In this document: in pieces, positions 53,738 to 64,000 of the stretch | Numbering within the stretch: position 1 is the first letter of the stretch | Layout: every line of letters starts with the position of its first letter | Origin: Octopus vulgaris | Taxonomy: Eukaryota | Assembly (NCBI GenBank): GCA_951406725.2 | Contig: OX597814.1 | Location: forward strand, 67,084,001-67,148,000 | Direction: 5' to 3' | DNA: 64,000 nucleotides | Notes under the pieces: model-generated | The model's database searches: none | Told to the model about the DNA's origin: nothing | The model's input: the letters and a program-made list of their open reading frames with translations, nothing else | Program-made: the position numbers and the translations under genes

Positions 53738-54609
53738 CAGATCTTATCTACTACATTCCGTAACTCTTGTATTCTTATTTGCACACCCAGCAACCCTGGT
53801 CGCCTGCTGTGGAATATAAAAATCAGCTTATTGTACTCCGATATAAAAAAAAATCCACATCTTTCCATCTCAATAAACCACTATTGTCCTTGCAAGTTGT
53901 TTTTTATATTTACTACAGATTACTTAAAGTTAACTTTGTTCTTACAACACAATAGCTGGATCTTACATTTATATATATATATATATATATAATTTATAAA
54001 AATTAATTATTTTTTAATAATTAATTGATTCGACCCCCATTTTCTCATAACAATATATATATATATATATATAGATAGATATAATAATAATAATAATAAT
54101 AATATATACTGTTGTATACTTCAGACAACATATAAACACAACCAGAAATATGGATTTAATATTTTTCTACTATAACTAAATTCTCATGGATACAATGTTT
54201 CTTCAATTTTCACACCATAAAATATATCATAAAATATCAACAGTTCATGGAAAAAAAATGTAAAGGAACACTGACATTAACATGGGTAGCCTGTCAAGAT
54301 TGTCAAAAGACAAGAATTTGGAAGATAGACAACAAGAACATACCTAACTGAAAACTTGTTTTATCCTGTATGATTCATTCACACACACACACATCATTAG
54401 TAACTTTCATTATTCACCATTTTTATTCCCTCCTAGCTGCTTAGTTTAGTTTTCATTAACCTTTTATTGAATACATTTAGACCATGTTTACATAAACATG
54501 AAATAGTAGAAAAACAGCAAGATAGACAAACAAAAACCTCCATAAAACCTATTTATGTTACTAAAGCGATTAACATAAACCAAATTTACTATAATCACCA
54601 AATACAGCT

Positions 54610-54662
<53 letters not shown>

Positions 54663-55173
54663 TCTGTGAAGGCCATAAAAGATCACGCGGATCAAAATAC
54701 CTTGGAATATATAACAGCATTTGAACATTTAAAAAAATCAATTTAAATATTTTAAAACAAAAAAATATTCTGCTAGGAATGAATATGAAATTGCTTGTTA
54801 TATTTCAACATGCTGTGGTACAAAATGATCATACAAAATAAGCTGAACTAAAGTTAACATTTAAAATAACAAATGTAAATTTGAGACAAATAAGGGCTTG
54901 ACATTATTGTGAATTTAAAATACTATCCGTGTCTAGAATTTAGAATATAAATAAGCAATTCAATAGGTTCTGTTTAATCAAAGTGTAATATTGCAAAACG
55001 AAATTACCATGAACTTTCAAGAATGTGTATAATGAATTTTGATATTTTGTATATTTTGTTTGAACTGGGAGGAACCTGTTCTTTGGATTTTCAGTGTAAA
55101 CGCTGACCTCATCACAGAACCAAAGCTTCCACTCACTAATTCAGACAGCATGGTACTTCAGTACCATTTAAAA

Positions 55174-55206
55174 CTACATGCAGACTGATTTCCTACTCTT
55201 CCAATC
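55174..55206 (-). CDS. Candidate terminal coding exon of CSN1 (DWKSRKSVCM*)
   Basis: Acceptor ttgtacag followed by a phase-0 reading to TAG; no sequence similarity to known CSN1 tails, so speculative. Confidence 0.2.
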   Translation of the reverse strand, partial: DWKSRKSVCM

Positions 55207-56173
55207 CTGTACAATGTTCACAAAGCAACTACAATATTGAATTTCTTTAAAATGATTTTTAATTTACAAAAAGATATCTGGAAATATGTACAGTCCGGAA
55301 AGGATACTCATCATTGCTACCACATTTTATATGAAGCTATAAACTAAAACATATTTCTGATACTAATCAGTTTAATAATTTAAGTGTCCAGAACATGACT
55401 AGCTTACAGAACATAAATTGAGGAGATTCTAAAAATGCGTATATTTTCTGAGCAAGCACTTTATTTACAGATGGGTATTGTATCTAATACTAACTAAACA
55501 TGTACAAGTAAAATACTACAGTCATTTAGGCAACATAGATTGAAGTATGTCACTAAATGTGCATACAGAATAATGCACAGTTTGAAATCTTGTTTGCAGT
55601 CAATAACTACTATGCATCACTGTGGTAGAAAAAGAAAGCAAGAAACAAAATTATATATATATATATATATATATATTAAATAATAAAAATTGTTTATGAT
55701 GAGTTTATGACAAAAGAAAACAAGCATTTGAATATAAAAAAAGTAAATACTAATATGGAAAAGAAAATCAAATAAAATAAACCCTTGGCCATCAAAACTA
55801 TGTGGTAATCATCTATGAAATATGGTAAACATATATATAATAAGGATAAAATATATTTTGTCTTTGTTTTCCTTATTTCAATTCCTTATCAACAATCATT
55901 TGCTTCTTTTTTTAATTCCTTCAAACAGATTATAAAAAAAAAAAATTACAAAAATATTGTGAGAGATTTAACAAGATAAACTACATACAGTCATTTGGAA
56001 AAGGAGTTAAAAATATTATCTAAATAAAAAATATAAAATCTGTACAAGATAACTTCTTAAAGAATTCCTTGTACAAATTCTTCCAAGATAAAGGAAGGAC
56101 TATAATGGATACAATTTTTATTGTAAATTTTACAAACATTTTTTCTAATTTTCAATTTAAAAACAAAACTAAC

Positions 56174-56401
56174 TTAACCCTTTAGCATTCAAACTGGCCA
56201 TATCTGGCCCAAATATTCTATCTTTTTTTGTTCAAACTGGCCAGGTCCAAGCTCTTACATCTACCATACATTGTCATTCTAAAAATAAACAATCATACCA
56301 TTGAAATCTCAAAACTATGAGATAATTCACAATTAATTCAAAGCAATGTGAATAAATAAGCATCACACTTGACAGAATAATCTGAATGCTAAAGGGTTTA
56401 A
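56174..56401. mobile_element. piggyBac-type MITE (second family)
   Basis: TTAACCCTTTAGCATTC...GAATGCTAAAGGGTTTAA. Confidence 0.88.
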
Positions 56402-57332
56402 ACAAAATAGTGCTATGTTTTCTATCTTTCATCAGCAAACTTTGTTTAAAACTACTTGGTTTGGACAATGTGCTAATAGAGGATGTCAGTTAAATGTTTC
56501 CAAAAATCATTGATAATTGTTATAAATACTGATAACAAAGATCAAGAGTTTTTGAGTTAAAAATTGCAAACAATACTGACAGACGGATAAAAATTTACAT
56601 AAAATTAATAGAGTTATAAATGTATTTTATACTTAAGAGGCAGATGAACTCAACAAAAATACAATTTGGACAATTTCTCCTTATCAATGTGTCTCAAAAA
56701 TTTTCAACAGCTTTTCACAAATTTTTAAAATCTACACTTGAGAAAGTACATAAACAGAATCAAATAATTTCTCTTTAGAAAGATAGGTTTTAGAAAATTT
56801 CTACATAATATCTCACAAATGTATAATACAAATTTGATGGGATATTTTGATAATATCAATAATTAAACATAGATGGGTATGTATTACTTATGGAAATAAC
56901 AATAGTGATACCTATTGATAAAAAAAAACTTTAAAATGTCATCTGTATCAAAAATTCCAAAACTATTATACCCCGTTTTAAAACTGAGAGTAAACAATAA
57001 GCACAGCAGCTTTGGAGCTAATGTTTTATGCTTTAGCATAATTGATAACCCATGACAGAAAACGAGATGAAATCAAAATATTGCTGCATATTAAATCAAT
57101 CATTTAACTTCATATTCATAAAATTCAAAATATTTGTTGCATACATTTTGAAAATCAACTTTTGTTTGTAAGCGAATTAGTTAATTTGTTAAACAAATGG
57201 ATGGGTGGCAATTAGCAAAATGGAATGTCTAAAATAGGAAGTAAAAATTTATTTGTTATGCAACCTAAAAATGGGGAAAATGAAATAAATTTGTTTCATA
57301 GCTATTCTAGAGTTAATTCAATCTCTGCTTAC

Positions 57333-57380
57333 CTTCACCTGCACTTGATATTTCAACATAGCTGACCTTAATATCAATGC
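57333..57380 (-). CDS. GPS1: COP9 signalosome subunit 1 exon (ALILRSAMLKYQVQVK)
   Basis: ttccttgtag|GCA...AAG|gtaagc; 48 nt, phase 0; matches the CSN1 segment AMMLRAAVLRNQIHVK. Confidence 0.93.
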
Positions 57381-57589
57381 CTACAAGGAAGAAAAAAAAT
57401 CAATTTCAAAATTATAAAAATTAGTTTAAATTTAGAAGAAAAAATAAATAAAATATGAATGAAATCTGATTATGTAAATATTCATTCATTATTTTAAATG
57501 GCCCATTCAGTGAATAACTTTCATACAAAAAGCTTTATTCCTTCAAAGTCCATCAAAGTCTGGTAGTTTGACTATATTCTGTTTTTCAT

Positions 57590-58775
57590 TCTGCTCAATC
57601 AGTAGAAAAGGCATAGGTAGAAACTCTATAATAAGTACCAGGTGTAAGCTATGGACACATAAGAGGTGCAGCAATATCAAAGGAAGGTTAACTGAGAAGA
57701 TAGTTTTTGTGTGACAGATGCACAGGGGCAATAAACACCGAAGATGTATAGAAAACAGATTCCATCACATGCCAGGGGGAAAAACTATAAGTAGTTGATA
57801 GCTTCTGTTACCTAGGTGACCAAGTCAGTAGTGGGGGGGGTGCTCTGAGAGCGTAGCTGCTAGAATAAGAATAGCCTGGGTAAAGTTCAGAGAGCTCCTA
57901 CCTCTGCTGGTAACAAAGGGCTTCTCATTCAGAGTGAAAGGTAGACTGTATGATGCATGTGTGCAAACAGCCATGCTACACAGCAATGAAACATGGGCTG
58001 TGACTGCTGAGGACATGTGTAGGCTTGAAAGAAATGAAGATAAGAAGCATCAGACTGTGCTGGTATGGTCATGTGTTACATATGGATGAAGACAGTTGTG
58101 TGAAGAAGTGTCACACTGTAACAGTGGGGGGGAACCTGTGGAAGAGGCAGACCCAGGAAGACATGGGAAGAGGTGGTGAAGCATGACCTTCGAACAATGG
58201 GCCTTACAGAGGTAATGACAAGCAACGGAGACCTTTGGAGATATGCTGTGCTTGAGAAGACCTGGCAAGCCAAATGAGATTGTAGCCATGGCTGATGCCA
58301 GTGTTGCATAACCGGCCCGCTAAAAAGTACCCTTCAGTCATTGGGTAATATGATGTGCTTGAGAAGACCTGTAGAGTCAAGTAAAATCGTAGTCATGGCC
58401 GATGCCAGTGCTGCCTGACTGACACATAAAAAGCACTATTCGAGCATGGCTGATATCAGTGCTGGTGGTATGTAAAATGCACCATTCAAGTGTGGTTGAT
58501 GCCAGTGCTGCCTCACTGGCTCCTGTACCAGTGGCACATAAAAAGCATTATTTGAGCGTGGTCGATGCCGGTCCCACCTGACTGGTTCCGATGCTGGTGG
58601 TACATAAAAAGCACCCACTACACTCTCAGAGTGGTTGGTGTTAAAAAGGGCATCCAGCTGTAGAAACATTGCCAGATCTGACTGGATCCTGGTGCAGCCT
58701 CCTGGCTTGCCAGTCCTCAGTCAAACCATCCAACCCATGCCAGCATGGAAAGCGGACGTTAATCAATGATGATGA
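57590..58775 (+). mobile_element. 5'-truncated RTE LINE in a CSN1 intron, antisense to the gene
   Basis: Colinear with about 673-2063 (KLWTHKRCS, ETWAVTAEDM, RPRKTW, tandem 3' UTR units, (GAT)n tail). Confidence 0.92.
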
Positions 58776-58916
58776 TAGACATATCTATTAATTTAAGAAA
58801 TATTCCTTGCATTTCAAAATATTTAAACCAGTCAAATGTACTATGGAAATTTAGCACTTAAGAAAGGAGAGGGAAAGCCAGAAATATTTTATTCAACTAT
58901 TCTAAATAATACTTAC

Positions 58917-59003
58917 TTTTGTTCGACGTTCATATTCCTGACCCATTGCTATAGATTTTTCAAAAGTTGAACTACGTTGGTCTATATCTTTAGCATACAA
59001 TAT
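58917..59003 (-). CDS. GPS1: COP9 signalosome subunit 1 exon ([29 protein letters not shown])
   Basis: tctttag|ATA...AAA|gtaagt; 87 nt, phase 0; matches the CSN1 segment [29 protein letters not shown]. Confidence 0.96.
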
Positions 59004-59491
59004 CTAAAGAAATAAAAGAGTAAAATTAAAGCTGCAATACAAATTAAAGCACAAAAGAAATTCAAAACCTTCTTCTAAAAAGATATTAAAACAAATATAG
59101 ATTTTGTTAAAGTAAAATTTTTTTTAATTTTATTACTGTTTATAGGGAGATGAATGCAGAACAGGAGTGAAATAGTTTTTCACAAAAATATGCATTTGTT
59201 CAATGATTGAGTAATTGCAATTAGACCCTTCTTCCTACTAAGCATTCAGTAGTTAAATAGGAATAGAACATGTTTGTTAATAAAGCAAGCAATATTACAC
59301 ACACTGCTAGAAAGTACAAACAAGACTTAAATAAAAATGGATATGATAAATTTGAATACTTATACATCTAAAAGTAACTGGCATTAATTAATATCAACTT
59401 CAAGCAGCTTACGTTATATACAATTTTCACCAGGTAGTGTGTTGACTTATTTATATATATAACTATATACTTCATAAAAACCAATGTATCA

Positions 59492-59708
59492 TTAATCCTT
59501 TTGTTACCATATTTCTTTCAAAATACACTGCTATTGTTTTAATTAATTTTTAAAATAATGAAGAATTTAGTAAAATATTTTTGTCATTATTATATAAGTG
59601 TGGAACAGAAAGTATTGAAGGAAGATTTAAATTTAGATCAGGTTAGAACAAAAGTTTGCTTCATAGAAACAAAGGCAGTCTCAGGTGAGTTGGTAACAAA
59701 TAGGTTTT
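59492..59708. mobile_element. Decayed piggyBac-type MITE related to 6615-6842
   Basis: TTAATCCTTTTGTTAC...GGTAACAAATAGGTT; internal gaatttagtaaaat is the inverse of attttactaaattc at about 6759. Confidence 0.7.
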
Positions 59709-60685
59709 GATGATTAAGAAATGTTTCATTCTCTAAAATCAGTTAAATGAATTATTCACTAACTAAAGTATAATATAAAAGTATGACTTCTATGGTTTAA
59801 TATTTTTTTAAATATCTCTACATACCTATATTAATCCTCAATAAAAGTAACCTAATAACTTAGGTAGGCTTTTATTTTCTGTGAACATTATAAAACCTTT
59901 TAGAGGATTTGTATATACAAGACTTACAACCAAAAAGAAGCTCATTATTTTATATATTTCTGCAACATTTTTTTTTATTATTATTGTTTCCATTGGTAAA
60001 AATTTACATGAATATTTTCTCTTTAACAACTTTCCAACACTGGCAATTATAAGACATGTTAGTAATGGCCCTCAAACTAAGCTAAAATATTAACCAAACT
60101 ACTGTCATTGCTCAAACAGAGTCAACTGATGCTGAGTGGAGCAGAAAACAGATTTTGCAAACTTAACCACTAAAATTTTTTTTAATATGACTTGCATTGA
60201 AACAATTATTTGAGATTAACAGGAAATTTTTAATAAAAGATTAGCTTACAAATTTAGCATTGTATTTCAATGTAAAGTGCTAAATGATATATATAAATAA
60301 TAAGTACAAGATAGAATTTAAAAAATCTTAAGTGAAGCACCCTCTCCAAACATTTTGCCATGTCAGAATAGGTAAGACAATTTCCAAACATTGCAACAAA
60401 TAATATTGATGATTAATGGGTATTTGTTTTTACAGCTAAATGCTCTTTTCTTTACTAATTTTTCAAACATGATGTCAATACAATATTTGTAGCAATTAAA
60501 GTAATTTGAGAAAAACTATGCTAACATACTCTGGATGATTGTAGCATAATCACTACATACAATATATGTTACTTAAGAGTTTATTTTAAAAGAGTCATAA
60601 TTTAGCTTATAAAAATGATTTGGAGAAAGCTGAATGTTTCTGAAAAGAAAACACCACAATATGAAGAATATAAATATCATAATAC

Positions 60686-60823
60686 CTTGTTGTGGGAGTC
60701 TATTCTAGCATTAATTTGCCCATCCAATATGAGCTGCATTAATTCATCTTCCAGATCTTTGACATTTGTATTAAAAGCATCTGCCATTTTATGCATTTCA
60801 GCAGATAAATAAGGACTAAAATA
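60686..60823 (-). CDS. GPS1: COP9 signalosome subunit 1 exon, PCI domain ([46 protein letters not shown])
   Basis: ttctttttcag|TAT...AAG|gtatta; 138 nt, phase 0; strong match to the CSN1 PCI winged-helix region. No upstream exon was found in the window. Confidence 0.97.
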
Positions 60824-60956
60824 CTGAAAAAGAAAATAATTATGGTCTTTACAAAACCTAAACTTCAAAATTTTAAGAAAGCAAATCTGAGAAGTGATGT
60901 CCATGTGTTTTTAAAAGTACTGACTTAATTTTTATATGCATAGTCTTCTTTTAATG

Positions 60957-61001
<45 letters not shown>

Positions 61002-62799
61002 GCACATACATTTTCTATATATAAAGGGTCCTACCTAAACACTAGATCACATCCTCACAAAAAAAAAAAAAAATTATTCTATTTGTGAACAGTTTGTGCA
61101 TAAAAGATATGCTGGGAGAATAGAAACAAGGCTAGTATCAGTTTTGAACTTAGAATCTGGACACACCAAATTTGATCTCATAAATCATCTTGATCTAGCT
61201 CTTTGTGACAAGTACATCACCTTCATAACAATGATAATATAAACAATGGAGATAATTCCTTTTATAAGTTTCAAAGTATTAGAAAGAAGTAAGAAATTGT
61301 AATTGCCATACTTGTTAGTTTTAACAACATGAATTATAAATGAGACTGGATAACAAGATCATCTCATCAGGAATTTACCTCAGGTTTATATGAGACACAG
61401 CAATGAGAATAATTTATATTAAGAAAAGCAGATAACAACAAAGAATCTTTGGTAAACAATCTTCATATTTTTTAAAGCATACAACACACCTACCACACCC
61501 CCACCATTTTTAATGCTTACTTTTCCATGCTTGCATGGGTCAGATGTGAATATGCTGAGGAAGAGTTTTCTAAGGCTAGATACTCTCCTTGTGGCCAACT
61601 CCCACTTGTTTTCATGTGAAGTACACAGTATCAAACAACAAACAGCCTGGACATGTTTTATGCAGAGAACTGGAAACAAACAATACTATTTGACGAGTTT
61701 TTTGTTTGCACAACATGTCAAGAAGCCTGAATATCCTTTTGCAGTGAACTGCAAGCAACACTGTCAAGAAGCCATTGCTTGCAAACCAGTGAACATGAGG
61801 GAAATACAAATTCACACACACACAAACATACAGGCTTCTTCAATTTCCATCTAATCAAATCTAGATAATGTTTTAGTCAGCCTAGGGTTATAGCAGAAAA
61901 CTCTTGACGAAGGTGTCATGCAGTGAGCCCAAAACCACATGGCTGGAAAGCAAACTTTTCAACCATACAGGTATATCTGTGCAAAAATAGTAAATGGATT
62001 ATACTTTTTTTAAATAAAAAAGTGCACAATAAACACAATGTTCGAATATAATATGTAGATAACTTTTGCAGTAAAGGGCAACTAACAGCAGTAAGATAAT
62101 TTGGTTGTGTAAAGTTGTTTGAGAATATTTCAACAGTATCTTATAAAGAAAAGTCAAGTACTTAGCTACCAGTTGGAACTAAATTTGTTTCCATTAGCCT
62201 TTGTATAACTTTTTAATATCTAGGCAACAAAAATATCTAAGTATGAACTTTTGTAATAGATAAAATAAGTAGTAAGTATAAGAGGTAAAGAAAATCTATA
62301 GGCATACTTCAAGCATTATGAATTCTGACAAAACACTTAAAAGCTATGTAAAACTATGAATGTTTATTGATGTGTAAATGTTATTCTATGCAAATAAAGT
62401 TATATGTTACAGCTAATTTCATTCAATTTAGTTTATGTGATCATAAACAATTTCTTTGATGTGAGGAGTCTCCTAATTTGATGATCTGAACAAACCAATG
62501 TTTCAAATACAATAACACTGTTAAAGATTAGACACTCATACACACCTCTAAAATTTAATATAAACATTCAGAGTAGCTACACACTAATTGAGCTTATTTC
62601 ATACAGTTAATCTTCCACATTAACAACCTCTGTATCCTAGATTTTTTCCAACAGTTAACCAAGAATTAAAATTAAAAAATATTATTTATTCTCAGAAAAA
62701 TACACACCCAGGATTTAACTGGTACAGAAAGATCACTTTTTAATTTTACTAACCAAGCTGACCTATTTAACAGTGAAGGAGGACGGTCCAAAAGCATTG

Positions 62800-63270
62800 T
62801 AGCATGAGTGAAAACAAGGTAATGACAGTTCAGACAGTTCATATCTCTGCTGGCAACAAAGGGTTTCTTTCTCAGAGTAAAGGGTAAACTGCATAATGTT
62901 TCTGTATGATGTGCAATGATTACAAGGTAGCAACATGTGCACTTTTACGGAGGAGAATTTGTAAATGCTAGTGAAAAGTGGAATATGCTAAACTGGAAAT
63001 ATAATGCTAGTGCATATGAACAACGAAATGCAAATTAACTAAAAGAAAACCTGGATGTTAGAGAAATCGAACACAATGGGCAAGACAGAGGAATTCTGCT
63101 GATGCACATGGAGGATGTCAGTTGTATCAAGTGTTGAGTGCTCCAAGAGGTTGAACCCATGAATGAAACAGACCTAGAAGACATGTGATGAAGCAATACA
63201 CACTAATCTCAAGAAACTGAACTTCACAAAGGACTACAAAGAGTGGCTACATTTGATGCTGGAGAAGACC
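62800..63270 (+). mobile_element. Old decayed RTE fragment in a CSN1 intron
   Basis: tctctgctggcaacaaagggtttctttctcagagtaaagggtaaactg matches about 986-1032; agacctagaagacatg corresponds to RPRKTW. Confidence 0.7.
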
Positions 63271-64000
63271 TGCTTATGCACACAAGAACAGCAAAACACA
63301 GTAAAATGATGGTAATGAAGGTCAGAATATACATCTACATTTGAGTTACGTACCCATTACATTCCAGTTAAGTCTTCATTTACAGTGCTGACATCTTCAT
63401 TATCATTTCTCCTATCATTACTATGCCACATGTATGGATGAAGAGCGACATTGGATTTGTTCATATTCAACCCACACTACCATCATCTATGATTTTTCTA
63501 CTTTTCTCCTGTGAAGCCATCTATGTAACAATGGCACTGACTGTCTGTGTTCAATCTCCACCTTCCATTACTATCCTTTATTGTGAACCATCTCTCTCTC
63601 ATTCTCTCCATTACTTGTTCACTACTTTATCATTCACTATTGACAGCCATCACTCTCTCTTACTATTACCCATATTTACTGGAGCTCATTACTCTCTCTT
63701 CTATCATTCATTGTTGACATCCATCATTCTCTTTACGCCATCAATCACACTTGCATTACACCCTCTTTCATCAGCCTGCTTCCCTCCTATCACACATAAT
63801 CTTCCCCTATCATGCTGCTCATAATGTTTTTCAATTCAACCCCTTCACCAGCAACCAACATGTAGCTGCCCATTACTCTCCCTTCCATTACTACCAACTC
63901 TTCATCCTCTCATCTACCTCATTCCCACATATCATTTGTGTAACAAAAGATGGCATCAGATCTGTTTCTATTCAATCTCCATCTATCATCATTCGTCTTC

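Noticed and set aside
58280-58620. Regularly spaced ~20-35 bp repeats (tggctgatgccagtg / taaaaagcac) resembling a CRISPR array; also at 1520-1900
   Set aside because: These are tandem units of the RTE 3' UTR. The spacers are themselves repetitive, the context is eukaryotic and there are no cas genes.
63423-63824. 133-aa hydrophobic ORF
   Set aside because: It starts in an antisense RTE remnant and continues through CT-rich low-complexity DNA inside a CSN1 intron.

Overview
AT-rich, microsatellite-dense animal DNA. The SINE, RTE and MITE families look like those of Octopus (inference from repeat recognition, not a database match). The only recognisable host gene is the 3' part of COP9 signalosome subunit 1 (CSN1/GPS1), seen as three phase-0 exons on the minus strand at 57.3-60.8 kb. 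The rest is layered transposon debris: RTE and R4/Dong-like LINEs, a GIY-YIG Penelope-like element, Tc1/mariner, piggyBac and hAT MITEs, a Helitron nest and tRNA-derived SINEs. The most notable signal is a set of type I hammerhead ribozyme motifs. Several occur as back-to-back inverted pairs of mutually unrelated sequence next to (TA)n tracts (about 24.0, 31.1-31.4 and 53.3-53.8 kb, possibly 43.4-44.0 kb). One has a complete catalytic core, and another lies just downstream of CSN1 in the gene's sense. All alignments and folds were done by eye, so repeat boundaries are approximate.
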